Source: an uncultured Bacteroidota bacterium (lineage in GTDB: Bacteria; Bacteroidota; Bacteroidia; NS11-12g; UBA955). Taken from it: 64,000 bases of DNA. Within the stretch, counting starts at the first letter, position 1. The number at the start of each line of letters is the position of its first letter. Where the stretch lies: NCBI GenBank assembly GCA_937867025.1, contig CALMKH010000048.1, positions 9,701-73,700 of the forward strand. Direction: 5' to 3'. Made by a program: the position numbers and the translations under genes. The notes under the pieces were generated by a model. It was not told the origin of the DNA, did no database searches, and saw only the letters and a list, made by a program, of their open reading frames with translations. This document shows, in pieces, positions 45,488 to 55,676 of the stretch.

Positions 45488-46675
45488 TTAACTCAATTTC
45501 ATTAATGCATCCTTAATCCTGTTCATGGCCTTGGTGAGGTTATCTTCGCTCGTGGCATAAGAAAAACGGATGCAGTCATCATTGCCAAAAGCACTTCCGG
45601 CAACAGTCACTACATACACTTCATTCAACAGGTACATGCACAGGTCCTGTGAATTACGGATGGTTTGCCCATTGTAGGACTTGCCGAAATATGCGCTGAT
45701 ATCCGGAAAAAGATAAAAAGCTCCGTCAGGCATATTCAGTTTCATTCCGGGAATGGATTTCAGGATATCGAAACACAGGTTCCTGCGTTTTCTGAATGCG
45801 TCGCGCATGTCGTATGTCGGCTTCATATCACCAAGCAATGCCGCAAGGGCTGCCCTCTGGGCAACCGAATTGGTGCCGCTTGTAAACTGGCTCTGTAATT
45901 TTTCGCATGCATATGCTATGGCTTTTGGTGCGCCGATGTAACCGATACGCCAACCGGTCATGGAAAATGCCTTGGAAAGTCCATTTACAGTAACGGTGCG
46001 GTCGAACAAAGTGCCGTAATTTGCAATGCTGGCATGTCCGCCAATAAAGTTGATATGCTCATATATTTCATCGCTGATGATATAGACATGCGGATGGCGG
46101 TCGAACACTTCCGCCAGGGCCTTTAATTCATCTTCGCTGTATACCATGCCGCTCGGGTTGTTAGGACTGCTGAACATGAACAATTTGGTCTTGGGAGTAA
46201 TGGCTTCCTCGAGCTGGGCGGGACTTATCTTGTAGTCGGTTTCTACCCTCGTGTCGAGGAATACGCATGTGCCTTCTGCCAGGTAAACCATATCCGCATA
46301 ACTTACCCAGAAAGGTTTCGGGATAATCACTTCATCTCCCGGATTAACCAATGAAAGCACGGCGTTGACAATGGAATTCTTGGCCCCGGTGCTTACCACA
46401 ATCTGGTCGGTCTCATAATCCAGGTTATTGTCCCTTTTGAATTTGGTCCTGATAGCTTCCTTCAATTCCGGAATACCTGCCACCGGGGTATAAAACGTAA
46501 AGTTCTGATTGATGGCGTCAATGGCGGCTTTCTTGATATGGTCGGGAGTAAAAAAGTCGGGCTCGCCGAAACTGAGGCTTATGATGTCCTTGCCTTCGGC
46601 TTTGAGAGCTCTCCCGAGCTTGGCCATAGCGATAGTTTCTGATTCCGAGATGCGGTTCAGGCGGTCCGCGATCAT
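45488..46675 (-). CDS. aspC: Pyridoxal-phosphate-dependent aspartate aminotransferase (class I)
   Basis: Start at MIADRLNRISESETIAM (46675) preferred. GEPDF.TP, SNPNNPSG and LSKAFSMTGWRIGY (PLP-Lys). Confidence 0.88.
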   Translation of the reverse strand: MIADRLNRISESETIAMAKLGRALKAEGKDIISLSFGEPDFFTPDHIKKAAIDAINQNFTFYTPVAGIPELKEAIRTKFKRDNNLDYETDQIVVSTGAKNSIVNAVLSLVNPGDEVIIPKPFWVSYADMVYLAEGTCVFLDTRVETDYKISPAQLEEAITPKTKLFMFSSPNNPSGMVYSEDELKALAEVFDRHPHVYIISDEIYEHINFIGGHASIANYGTLFDRTVTVNGLSKAFSMTGWRIGYIGAPKAIAYACEKLQSQFTSGTNSVAQRAALAALLGDMKPTYDMRDAFRKRRNLCFDILKSIPGMKLNMPDGAFYLFPDISAYFGKSYNGQTIRNSQDLCMYLLNEVYVVTVAGSAFGNDDCIRFSYATSEDNLTKAMNRIKDALMKLS

Positions 46676-46901
46676 CTTTTTATCTTCAGTTGTGATCAAA
46701 ATATGGAAATAAAAATGCAAACCTACTGTTTATTCGCTAAAACCGGAAATTTAACTTATCGAAACTTGGCGGGAAGTGCATGGTTTTTTGTACAATTGAC
46801 GAAAGAAATGAATAATTTGATATTCATCAGCCTGCCGGATCAGAAACGGAAGTTTAATGGCAGTACTTTAGCGGTTTCCGGCAGAAAACCATTACCACCG
46901 G

Positions 46902-47522
46902 TTATTTCCTTTCGTATTTCCAGTTTTTGTTCTTCCCCTCCGTCATCCACTCGATCGCCGTACTGATGCGTTTTTGCCTTGTGGCTTCGGTTTTTGCTTC
47001 CTGTATCCATTCAAGGTACTCCCGCTTGTGTGAAGGACTGAATGCTTCATAAGTGGCAAGAGCTTTCCTGTTTTTCTTTAAAGCTGTTACCAGCTCTTCA
47101 GGCATGACCAGTTCTGTCTTTTTCTTTTTAGGTTCGGCCGGCAGTTTGATACCTTCATCATTCAGCTTTTTGGCCTGGGCCAGAAAGTCCAGGATGACCT
47201 TATCCGGGGGAAGGTCATTCAGAGAGGTTATGCGGCCCATCTGGTACATGGCTTCGCCACCGTCGGCGGCACGGTCTTTCAGGTATCCTTCAGGATCGTT
47301 TATAAGCTTGGCTTTCCAGAAGCCGAATACAGCATGTTGCTTAAAAGCGGCCATTCCGCAATATGGGCCTTTGTAATCGAACGAAGGCATTCCCCATTTT
47401 ATAGTTTCCTGCACATCCGGGCAAGCCTTGTGCACCAGCTGGCGAAGGTGTATCAGGACCGGCTGCGCAAATTCCTGTGCCTGATCGATGTAATCGTCAA
47501 TGCGTATATCCTTTTTTCCCAT
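46902..47522 (-). CDS. DUF1801 (YdhG-like) + YdeI/OmpD-associated family protein
   Basis: IKWGMPSFDYKG...AAFKQHAVFGFW in the N-terminal half, and AFSPSHKREYLEWIQEAKTEATRQKRI in the C-terminal half. Confidence 0.7.
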   Translation of the reverse strand: MGKKDIRIDDYIDQAQEFAQPVLIHLRQLVHKACPDVQETIKWGMPSFDYKGPYCGMAAFKQHAVFGFWKAKLINDPEGYLKDRAADGGEAMYQMGRITSLNDLPPDKVILDFLAQAKKLNDEGIKLPAEPKKKKTELVMPEELVTALKKNRKALATYEAFSPSHKREYLEWIQEAKTEATRQKRISTAIEWMTEGKNKNWKYERK

Positions 47523-47586
47523 GTTTGTAGGGTTTTATCGTACAAATTAAAAAGGTTTGGGTGTAATCACAATACAATTGCGCAAA

Positions 47587-50500
47587 TTATTTTCCGGGCA
47601 GGATAATAAAAAACTCGGAGCCTTCTCCCAGTGTGCTTTCCGCAAGAATAAACCCATTGTGATTTTCAATGATTTTCCGGCAAATGGCCAGGCCGATACC
47701 GGTGCCTTCAAAATTGTTCCCGTGAAGTCTTTGGAAAATTCCGAATATCTTGTCCCTGTATTCCTCTTCAAAGCCGATGCCATGATCCCTGACACTTATG
47801 CAAATATATTCCCTTGGATCGATATGGAGTCTTTCGACCTGTTCATTTGTAAGGTGTTTTTCGGAAATTATGATTTCAGGATGTTTTTCCCCTGAAAATT
47901 TGATGGAATTGCTGATGAGATTCTGGAATACCTGGTGCATCTGCCCCGGCACTGCATTGATAATGGGTAACTGGTCAACCTTGATGACTGCGTTCTTTTC
48001 TTTTATCGTGATTTCAAGGTCGTCTATGATGTGGTGGATCACCTCGTTGAGATCAACTACCTCAAGAACCTGGTCGCGGTTGGAAAGTTTCGACAGGGTC
48101 AGAACATCCTCTATCAGTTTTTGCATCCTGTGCGAGGAATTGACAATTTTGTCGAGATGGTTGATCTCGTCCCTTTCAAGTTTATGCCTGACCTTGTTCA
48201 TCAGTATATTCCCAAAGGCCTGGATTTTCCTCAAGGGCTCTTTGAGATCGTGAGAGGCCACCGAGGCGAACTGCATAAGGTCGAAATTGGTTTGTTCCAG
48301 CTTTTCATTGCTAAACTGCAATTGTTCGGAAGCCATTTGCAGCTCCTCGTAACTTTTTCTCACCAGATCCGAGGCCGTTTTTTGCTCGGTAATGTCCGTC
48401 AGCATGATTACCAAACCGTCCCCAAGCCTGGCCATGTGTGTATCATACCATTTGCCGGACATGGAATGTGACTCAAAATGGATATTCCTGCCGTTTTGAA
48501 CCACTTCGCAGAAATTATCAAAATACTTTTCAAAATATTCCGGAAAACTGCTCATCTTCCTGCCGATGACCTGCCCGTTTGAAGAGTTCATCTCAGCTTC
48601 AAAAAGGCTGTTGGCCATTACAAACCTGAAATCTTTAATAGTGCCGTCACTGTTGCGGATAGCGTTGAGTGCGCTGATACTGCTTGGTGAAACATTGAGG
48701 ATGGCTTCTAGTAAATTGTTAAGCTTTTTCTGTTCCGTTATATCAATGAAATTCACAACAACCCCGTCTGTTGTTTTATCCTGGCGCACATACGGCAGAA
48801 TGCGTAGCAGGAAACAGGATTCGCCAATGACGACTTCTTTCTCCAACGGGGTTCCTTCAATGATCACCTGCCTGATGTCACCGACAAAATCGGAATGTTT
48901 GAAACGCGTTGTAATATCAATGATGGAGCGGTTGATATCGCTTGGAATGAGGTTGATCATCCTGGTCACCGCCGGACTGAACCTCCGTATGAACATCTTG
49001 TTGTCTACCAGTATCTGCCCGATGTCCGAGTTGTTGAAGTAATTGTTCATGTCATCGTTCAGGTCGAGCAGTTCCTTTATTTTTTGCTGATGTTCGGCGC
49101 TTACCGTATGAAGTTCTTCGTTCAGGGATTGCAATTCCTCATTCGTACTTTGCAGCTCTTCATTGGTAGATACCATCTCTTCATTGGCGCTCTGCAATTC
49201 CTCATTTGACGTTTCGATCTCCTCAATCACCGCCTGCAGGTTTTCACGGGTTTCCTTTAGCTCTTTTTCAAGCTCTTCAATTTTATGAAGCCCGGCCGTG
49301 TCGGTAATGGCAGCCTCTTCAGCCTTTCCTGACCCCGGTCCCTGTTCTTCATTGAGAACGATGAACAGGAAAGGTTCCTGGTAATCCTTATGTTTCAGGT
49401 AAGGTTTTACAGTAATATTTATAAGCCTTCCGTTCTTCCCGCCTTTGATGTTGACCTTGCGCATTATAACGGTCTCATCATTTTTCATCGCTTTGCGTAT
49501 TGCCACGTTAAGGGCGATGCCGAGATCGTTAGGCACCAGCTTCATCAGGTTGAACTGAAGTCCGGACTCGGGAAATTCAATATATTTCTTGTAATTTCCT
49601 GCAGTTTGTTTCACCTCAAGAGAAGTATCAATGAAAATCCCGGCAAATTCATAGGTCTCCAATAATGTCTCCCTGAACAGGTCCGAGATATGGTTTAGAG
49701 GGTTCTTGACCTTGGGGGCGCTCGACTCCAGGTTCATTTTTCTCTCGATCGGGAGAAACATGCTTTCCCTGCTTTGAAGCCTGATTTTTGATGCAGTTTT
49801 ATATATACGCCATTTCTTGTCTATCTCATCAAGAGCGCCGCTGAGCCGGCCTGTATACTCGCTTGGCCCGAGGAACAGATAACCTCCTACATTGAGCGAA
49901 AAAAGCAGTTTGCGGATCACATCTTTCTGTGAAGAAGCATTGATATAGATCAGCATATTCCTGCACAACACCATATCCATGCGACTGTACGGCGGATCTT
50001 TTAAAAGGTCGTGATTGGAGAACACGATCTGTTTCCTTATTTCGGGTATAACCTTATACTGATTGCCCTCGGGAGTGAAATATTTCTCAATCATGGAAGG
50101 CATCATTTTTTCGATCGAGGACTTGCTGAAAACGCCCCTTGACGCCGTTTCAAGCGCTTCCCGGTCAATGTCCGTAGCGAATATTTTCATATGGACGTCA
50201 TGCAGTTTATTCTTTGTAATATATTCATAGAATAAAATGGCAAGACTGTAAGCTTCTTCACCGCTGCTGCAGGCAGCAGACCATATTTTGACGGTATCCC
50301 CGGGTTTTTTGTCTTTCATGATATCGGGGATCACGCGCGTTTCAATGATGTGGAAGGCTTCGGGATCCCTGAAAAAGTAGGTTACATTGATAAGGAAAGC
50401 CTGACTCAGGTTGACCACTTCCTCGGGATGATAATTCAGATACTCAACGTATTCACGTATGGTAGGTATATTCAGTTCCATGAGCCTTTTGGCAAGTCTC

Positions 50501-51222
50501 CGGAACAGGGTTGGACGCTTATAATAACTGAAGTCGTTTCCGGTCTCCCTCTGTATAACCTGGAAGATGTCCTGCATGAGCAGTTCGTCGCGGTGGGTAT
50601 CGTAATGAAAGGCCTTGACTTCTTCAGGTTCATTGATGAACTCAATAAGGTCATGAATAATGTTTTCAGGCGGCAGGATAAGATCGGCCACCCCGGCATC
50701 GATAGCATTGGCCGGCATGCCGTCAAATGCGGCGGTTACAGGATCCTGGACAACGGCAATCCCCCCGTGTTTCTTGATCGATTCAAGTCCGCTTGTTCCA
50801 TCCGTACCGGTTCCCGATAAAATGATGCCTACGGCATGGGTTCCGTATTCTTCTGCCAGGGAATGAAAAAAGGTATCAATGGCGTTGTTGGGCAATGATG
50901 ATTTGGTTTTGTCATGTAAAAGCAGTTTGCCATTTCTGACAGTCATCAGTTTTTTGTTCGGGAGAAGGTAAATGCAATTGCTGACCAGGGGGATCTGATC
51001 TTCCGCTTCATATACCTTCATGGACGTGTGTTTGGAAAGCAGTTCAGACATCAGGCTCTTGTGATCCGGCGACAGATGCTGCACGACAACAAATGAAAAA
51101 CCGGTATCCACCGGTGTGTTATGAAATAGATCATTGATGGCTTCGAGGCCACCGGCTGAAGCACCTATTGCAACAAGATATTTGTGTTCTTTATCACTTT
51201 TGGACCTGCGTTTGGTTGCCAT
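47587..51222 (-). CDS. CheB methylesterase - CheR methyltransferase - coiled coil - PAS x2 - HisKA - HATPase fusion sensor kinase
   Basis: 1211 aa. CheB: [29 protein letters not shown]. CheR: [33 protein letters not shown]. Coiled coil with NEELQS heptads. H-box [15 protein letters not shown]-box [17 protein letters not shown] and [13 protein letters not shown]. Confidence 0.9.
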   Translation of the reverse strand: MATKRRSKSDKEHKYLVAIGASAGGLEAINDLFHNTPVDTGFSFVVVQHLSPDHKSLMSELLSKHTSMKVYEAEDQIPLVSNCIYLLPNKKLMTVRNGKLLLHDKTKSSLPNNAIDTFFHSLAEEYGTHAVGIILSGTGTDGTSGLESIKKHGGIAVVQDPVTAAFDGMPANAIDAGVADLILPPENIIHDLIEFINEPEEVKAFHYDTHRDELLMQDIFQVIQRETGNDFSYYKRPTLFRRLAKRLMELNIPTIREYVEYLNYHPEEVVNLSQAFLINVTYFFRDPEAFHIIETRVIPDIMKDKKPGDTVKIWSAACSSGEEAYSLAILFYEYITKNKLHDVHMKIFATDIDREALETASRGVFSKSSIEKMMPSMIEKYFTPEGNQYKVIPEIRKQIVFSNHDLLKDPPYSRMDMVLCRNMLIYINASSQKDVIRKLLFSLNVGGYLFLGPSEYTGRLSGALDEIDKKWRIYKTASKIRLQSRESMFLPIERKMNLESSAPKVKNPLNHISDLFRETLLETYEFAGIFIDTSLEVKQTAGNYKKYIEFPESGLQFNLMKLVPNDLGIALNVAIRKAMKNDETVIMRKVNIKGGKNGRLINITVKPYLKHKDYQEPFLFIVLNEEQGPGSGKAEEAAITDTAGLHKIEELEKELKETRENLQAVIEEIETSNEELQSANEEMVSTNEELQSTNEELQSLNEELHTVSAEHQQKIKELLDLNDDMNNYFNNSDIGQILVDNKMFIRRFSPAVTRMINLIPSDINRSIIDITTRFKHSDFVGDIRQVIIEGTPLEKEVVIGESCFLLRILPYVRQDKTTDGVVVNFIDITEQKKLNNLLEAILNVSPSSISALNAIRNSDGTIKDFRFVMANSLFEAEMNSSNGQVIGRKMSSFPEYFEKYFDNFCEVVQNGRNIHFESHSMSGKWYDTHMARLGDGLVIMLTDITEQKTASDLVRKSYEELQMASEQLQFSNEKLEQTNFDLMQFASVASHDLKEPLRKIQAFGNILMNKVRHKLERDEINHLDKIVNSSHRMQKLIEDVLTLSKLSNRDQVLEVVDLNEVIHHIIDDLEITIKEKNAVIKVDQLPIINAVPGQMHQVFQNLISNSIKFSGEKHPEIIISEKHLTNEQVERLHIDPREYICISVRDHGIGFEEEYRDKIFGIFQRLHGNNFEGTGIGLAICRKIIENHNGFILAESTLGEGSEFFIILPGK
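49114..49225 (-). repeat. Five 7-aa / 21-nt heptads ([35 protein letters not shown]) within the kinase coiled coil
   Basis: Hand translation of the minus strand. The repeats differ at synonymous positions (GAG/GAA, TTG/CTG, AGC/AGT/TCC), so conservation is at the protein level. Confidence 0.85.
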
Positions 51223-51235
51223 TGCAAAATAGTAT

Positions 51236-51243
51236 TATCTTTG
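51236..51243 (+). promoter_or_regulatory. Candidate -7 promoter box (TATCTTTG) for the response regulator
   Basis: Exact TAnnTTTG match 24 nt upstream of the ATG at 51268, in the 45-bp divergent gap. Confidence 0.4.
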
Positions 51244-51267
51244 TTTTCCAATCTTAGAAACTAAGAC

Positions 51268-51675
51268 ATGTCTGCAAATATAAGAATATTATTAATTGAG
51301 GATGACCAGGATGATATCGATCTGCTAATGGATGCCGTTAAGGAGAACGGGATACATGCTGAATTCGAAATACTGATGCAAGGCAACCGTATCATCTCCT
51401 GGTTAGAGGAATCCAAGGCAATTCCCGATATTATTGTGATGGATCTCAACCTTCCCAAAATGCATGGCAGGGAAGTGCTTAAGCATATCAAACAGCACTA
51501 CAAGACAAGGTTGGTGCCTGTTCTGGTGCTCACGACTTCATCCCAGCCGGAAGAGAAACAATACTGTTTGCAGCATGGCGCCGGACAGTTTATTACCAAG
51601 CCTGCCACTACGGATGGTTTTGCTTCGCTGGTGGAAACTATTTCACGCATGGCCCGCACTTCTGTGGCCGGATAA
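51268..51675 (+). CDS. Stand-alone response-regulator receiver protein
   Basis: 135 aa with ILLIEDDQDD, IIVMDLNLPKMHG, VLTTS and ITKP. Divergent from the CheB-CheR kinase. Confidence 0.88.
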   Translation: MSANIRILLIEDDQDDIDLLMDAVKENGIHAEFEILMQGNRIISWLEESKAIPDIIVMDLNLPKMHGREVLKHIKQHYKTRLVPVLVLTTSSQPEEKQYCLQHGAGQFITKPATTDGFASLVETISRMARTSVAG

Positions 51676-51682
51676 AAAATTT

Positions 51683-51704
51683 ACTGATTGGTATCAGTTT
51701 TTTT
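51683..51704. terminator. Weak bidirectional hairpin terminator (ACTGAT-TGGT-ATCAGT + T run, A run upstream)
   Basis: Lies between convergent genes (51675 and 51741). 6-bp stem, flanked by A5 and T6 runs. Confidence 0.35.
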
Positions 51705-51740
51705 CGATGCTGAAGATAACCGGCTTCTTACCGAACTGGT

Positions 51741-51977
51741 TCAGGGCTCCAGCTTTTCAAAATGATCCCTTACTTCAGGATGTTGGGAAATATATGTGCT
51801 TAAACCTTCACCCTTCAATGCCAGTTTTTTCATGGTTTCGATATGCCGTTTGCTGATGGATTTAATTGAATAGCGATACCAAGACGGTTGTGACTTAAAC
51901 TTTATATCGATATGCCCCTCCGATATGTTGTAAAACGCAATTCCGGAAGTTCCGCTATGGTCGGCATACTTTTTCAC
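51741..51977 (-). CDS. Small KTSC-domain-like protein
   Basis: SGIAFYNISEGHIDIKFKSQPSWYRYSIKSISKRHIETMKKLALKGEGLSTYI resembles the KTSC pattern (beta-beta-Y.Y...helix). The start is uncertain (GTG 51977 or TTG 52007). Confidence 0.4.
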   Translation of the reverse strand: MKKYADHSGTSGIAFYNISEGHIDIKFKSQPSWYRYSIKSISKRHIETMKKLALKGEGLSTYISQHPEVRDHFEKLEP

Positions 51978-52087
51978 ATATAACAGATCACAATACGCGC
52001 ACCACAAATGCAGGATTGATGAAAGTCAGCAGGGAAAACCTTAGACGCGGATCCTTATTAAACCGTATTCCGCATACTGATCTGATC

Positions 52088-53908
52088 CTACCTTGCATAT
52101 TTCCATCGCCTGTAAAAGGTGTTGAGAATACCGAATAAAATCACCGCCAATACCGGCACTACAGTATTGATCAGTTGCCAGAATGTTTTTTCCCTTAACC
52201 ATTCTCCTTCGGCGGCCGGTTCTGATATCCTTGCCCTGTCCAGAAGGCGCAGGTTAATCTCTTTGGTTCGTATTTCTATCAGTCCGCTTTCATCGAACAG
52301 GTAGTCAAAACAATTCAGGAGGAATTTTTTATTGGCAAACTGCCTTCCGGTTTCCCTGTCGTAACCCAGAGGAAACACCTCACCGGTGTTGCGCTTGACA
52401 AAATTCAATCCTATATCACCGTCTGCGATTACGATCATGCTGTTCTTCTTAACACTCTCCCTGACCGGCATGTCATAAACCTTATCGGGTCTTCGGAAAT
52501 TGGATTTGAATTCGCCTTCCAGGAGTACTCCCGCTACCTGTGTTCCCGATTTGAAGGATTTCAGATAATCCCTGTTCCCCAGATTATTAATGATATCCAG
52601 CTGCACATAGGCAGGCGCGTCATGAAGCTTGGTGCGGTCGGAGCTCAGCAGCAGGTTCGTTACCTGGAGGTTTTTCCTGGACATGGGTTTCAGCGTGCCG
52701 CTGTAGCGCCCCCAAACCACCTCCAGGTTTTTAACTATGGGATGATCGTTCCCCTTAAAACCGAACAGCGGATAATATACCCATGGGAAAGGCACAAGCT
52801 GTCCTGGTCGTTGCGGATCATTCAGCCGGATATTATTGCATACCAGGTCCATCAGCAGGTTGGAATTCAGCCTGACCCCGTAATTAAAGAGCAGGGTTCT
52901 AAGGTTTTCGTTGTTATAATCCGGAAAAAACGCTTTAGGGTTGAGCCTCAGGCTATCGTGTTCAGCCATCAGAGGATCTATCATCCACACAGTCTTGCCG
53001 CCATGCATGATGAACTGGTCCAGTATATACGCTTCCTCTTTCTGCAATGGCTCAGTGGGTTTTATGACCACGACGCCGTCGTATTGCCTCAATATGTCAA
53101 GCGTCTTGAGCACGATAAGTTTTCCGAGCGTGTCGTGGTTTTGGGTGACAGTGGTCAGACCTGTGAACTGTCTGAGGAAATTTGTATCGCCGAGGTCGAA
53201 CATCACCCGGTCGATATTGTAATTTTCATTCAGGGATGCAAGAAGGTCATCCATAGCCATGGCATCAGGCTCGCCGTGCCCGAAGAGAAAGGCAATTTTT
53301 TTAGGGGTCTTGTTAAGGCATTTGCGTATGACATTGGCGATTTCGTATTCAAGACCTTCAATGGATTTATTAATGGAAGTTTCCTCGGCTCTGCCGAAGT
53401 CAGTGCTCAGGAGGTTGACAACATATTCCTTATTGGCTCCGTAACTCACCTCTGCAGCAGGGAGTATCAGGTTGCGTTTCTGCTGTTCGGCGCCGATCTC
53501 CACATCATTGAAATACATGACGCCTTTCTGGCTGAGCTGTTTGATGATTTCGGCTTTTTCCTTGTCGGTTTTGTCTTTGAACACATTCTCGAATTCAAAG
53601 TCGATCTTGTTGCCGCTCAGGTCCCTGAACTCCCTCAGTATGTCAATTGTCGCAGTCCTCAGGCGCTTGAACCTCGACGACAGGTTGTCGCCCTCGAGGT
53701 ACACCTTGAAATACATCCGGTCATCCACCTTTTGTGCAAGCTGTTTGGAAGTTTCCGATAAGGTGAAACGTTTCTCTTCTGTCAGATCGAACTTCTTGTA
53801 GTATTGTCCCGCCAGCACATTCACTATGACAATCACAGCCATTAGCAGCACCAGCTCGATAAGCGACTGTTGCCTGTATCCTCTTTTGTTTTTCACTTTC
53901 TTTACCAT
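52088..53908 (-). CDS. gldG: Gliding motility-associated ABC transporter substrate-binding / accessory component GldG
   Basis: N-terminal and C-terminal TM anchors around a large external domain. Lies immediately downstream of the gldA-gldF pair. The ATG at 53908 overlaps the gldF stop (ATGGTAA); the alternative ATG at 53941 is the track start. Confidence 0.8.
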   Translation of the reverse strand: MVKKVKNKRGYRQQSLIELVLLMAVIVIVNVLAGQYYKKFDLTEEKRFTLSETSKQLAQKVDDRMYFKVYLEGDNLSSRFKRLRTATIDILREFRDLSGNKIDFEFENVFKDKTDKEKAEIIKQLSQKGVMYFNDVEIGAEQQKRNLILPAAEVSYGANKEYVVNLLSTDFGRAEETSINKSIEGLEYEIANVIRKCLNKTPKKIAFLFGHGEPDAMAMDDLLASLNENYNIDRVMFDLGDTNFLRQFTGLTTVTQNHDTLGKLIVLKTLDILRQYDGVVVIKPTEPLQKEEAYILDQFIMHGGKTVWMIDPLMAEHDSLRLNPKAFFPDYNNENLRTLLFNYGVRLNSNLLMDLVCNNIRLNDPQRPGQLVPFPWVYYPLFGFKGNDHPIVKNLEVVWGRYSGTLKPMSRKNLQVTNLLLSSDRTKLHDAPAYVQLDIINNLGNRDYLKSFKSGTQVAGVLLEGEFKSNFRRPDKVYDMPVRESVKKNSMIVIADGDIGLNFVKRNTGEVFPLGYDRETGRQFANKKFLLNCFDYLFDESGLIEIRTKEINLRLLDRARISEPAAEGEWLREKTFWQLINTVVPVLAVILFGILNTFYRRWKYAR

Positions 53909-54630
53909 TTTCTGCTGTTGAATATGATTTTTGTAAGCCATATGAAAAGTACGATGAGGCTTAGAAAGTACACCACATCGCGTGTATCGATAACACCCCT
54001 GCTGATATTCCTGTAGTGATAATTAATGCCAAACCATTCGATGAAAAAATCGCTGTCCCTGAACAGGGAAAATGATCCGAGGTAATCGAAGGTTGAATAG
54101 AAAAAGAAACAGAGGAACATGCTGACAATGAATGAAACGATCTGATTGTCGGTTATGACGCTGGCAAAAAGCCCTATGGATACATATCCGGCGCTGAGGA
54201 GTATCAGTCCCATGTAGCTGCCCCACAGGGCACCGGTATCCACATTGCCTTTCGGAACTGCAAGTTGCGAGACTGTGTAATAGTAAATCAGGGTAGGGAG
54301 TATGGCAAAAATAACGATGATAAGCCCTGCAAAATATTTTCCCAATATGATGGAAAGATCCGTGATAGGCTTGGTGGTCAGTGTTTCAAACGTGCCTGTC
54401 TTCTTTTCCTCGCTGAAGGAGCGCATTGTAATGGCCGATATGAGGAATATGAAGATGATGGGTGCCAATTCAAAGAGCGGGTCGATATTGGCATAACCCA
54501 TATCCAGGATGTTGGTTTCCTTGAATACCCAGAGGAATAATCCGTTGGCAACAAGGAACACTACGATCACAATGATGGCGATCAGTGAACTCAGGAAGCT
54601 TCGTATTTCTTTTCTTAATATGCTGAACAT
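53902..54630 (-). CDS. gldF: Gliding motility-associated ABC transporter permease GldF
   Basis: 242 aa, six-TM ABC-2-type permease, located between gldA and gldG. Confidence 0.8.
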   Translation of the reverse strand: MFSILRKEIRSFLSSLIAIIVIVVFLVANGLFLWVFKETNILDMGYANIDPLFELAPIIFIFLISAITMRSFSEEKKTGTFETLTTKPITDLSIILGKYFAGLIIVIFAILPTLIYYYTVSQLAVPKGNVDTGALWGSYMGLILLSAGYVSIGLFASVITDNQIVSFIVSMFLCFFFYSTFDYLGSFSLFRDSDFFIEWFGINYHYRNISRGVIDTRDVVYFLSLIVLFIWLTKIIFNSRKW

Positions 54631-54639
54631 GTCTCGTTA

Positions 54640-55548
54640 TTATTGTGTAACATTTTTAAAGATGTCTTCCAGTGAATGCTCTATAAGTTTCATTTCGGTC
54701 AGCATAAGCCCGTTGTCCACGGCAAACTGGAATGTTGAGGATTTGAGCTTTTCATCGTCTGATTGCGAAATGATTGAATACGTGCTGCCGCCAATGTGGG
54801 TGACAGTTCCATATTCGCTGAGCTTCTGCAGCTGATAATCATTCAGGACCGCATTGAATGTTACCTGCAGGGAAGCGCCGGCAGAAAACTGTTGCTTCAG
54901 TTCGGAAGGCTTGCCATTTGCTACGATACGTCCTTTGTTGACTATCATAACGTGGCTGCACATGGCTTCCACTTCCTGCATGATATGCGTTGAAAGCAAT
55001 ACGGTTTTGTGTTTTCCGATATTGATGATAAGATTCCTGATCTCTACTATCTGGTTCGGGTCGAGACCGCTTGTGGGTTCATCGAGAATAAGCACTGAAG
55101 GGTCATGTATCATGGCCTGGGCCAGCCCCACCCGTTGCCTGTACCCTTTCGACAGCTGCCCGATCTTTTTTCTCTGTTCCACTTCAAGGCCTGTCAGTGC
55201 AATCATTTCATTCACCCTTTGGACTTTATTTGGCAAATGATAGACCGATGCGGCAAACATAAGGTACTCCTTGACATACATGTCGGTGTACAATGGATTG
55301 TGTTCAGGGAGGTAGCCGATCTGTCTCCTTACTTCGATGGATTTTTCTTCCACGTCCAGATCATTCACAAAGGCTTTGCCAGATGTGGGCGGCAGGTAAC
55401 ATGTTAGGATTTTCATGGTCGTGGTTTTACCCGCGCCGTTAGGGCCAAGAAATCCTACGATCTCGCCGCTGTTTATCTTAAAGGAGATATGATCGACAGC
55501 ATTTTGTTTTCCGTAGGTTTTGGTTAGATTTTCAACTACTATTGACAC
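54640..55548 (-). CDS. gldA: Gliding motility-associated ABC transporter ATP-binding protein GldA
   Basis: MSIVVENLTKTYGKQNAVDHISF.I..GEIVGFLGPNGAGKTTTMKILT.YL..TSG...V...D........R..IGYLPEHNPLY.DMYV.EYL is closely collinear with Flavobacterium GldA as I recall it. Also LSKGYRQRVGLA and ILDEPTSGLD. Confidence 0.88.
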   Translation of the reverse strand: MSIVVENLTKTYGKQNAVDHISFKINSGEIVGFLGPNGAGKTTTMKILTCYLPPTSGKAFVNDLDVEEKSIEVRRQIGYLPEHNPLYTDMYVKEYLMFAASVYHLPNKVQRVNEMIALTGLEVEQRKKIGQLSKGYRQRVGLAQAMIHDPSVLILDEPTSGLDPNQIVEIRNLIINIGKHKTVLLSTHIMQEVEAMCSHVMIVNKGRIVANGKPSELKQQFSAGASLQVTFNAVLNDYQLQKLSEYGTVTHIGGSTYSIISQSDDEKLKSSTFQFAVDNGLMLTEMKLIEHSLEDIFKNVTQ

Positions 55549-55676
55549 GTTATACAGCTTATTATGGTTTGCGAAATTAACGACTTATGTTTACATTTTA
55601 TTGCAGGGTTGTAAACAGGAATCAAATTTATACAACACCTTGCCTGCCGGGTGTACCACAACCCACCATTGTTCTG

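Noticed and set aside
46842-46894. 8-bp inverted repeat CTGCCGGA...TCCGGCAG downstream of the YdeI-like gene
   Set aside because: The loop is 37 nt, there is no U-run, and the arms are short. Too weak to call a terminator or a regulatory element.
52622-53761. 379-aa plus-strand ORF lying entirely antisense to gldG
   Set aside because: It is in the codon-aligned antisense frame (52622-52088 is a multiple of 3). Stops in that frame arise only where the sense gene uses TTA, CTA or TCA codons. The translation is low-complexity with no motifs, start context or promoter box. Classic shadow ORF.
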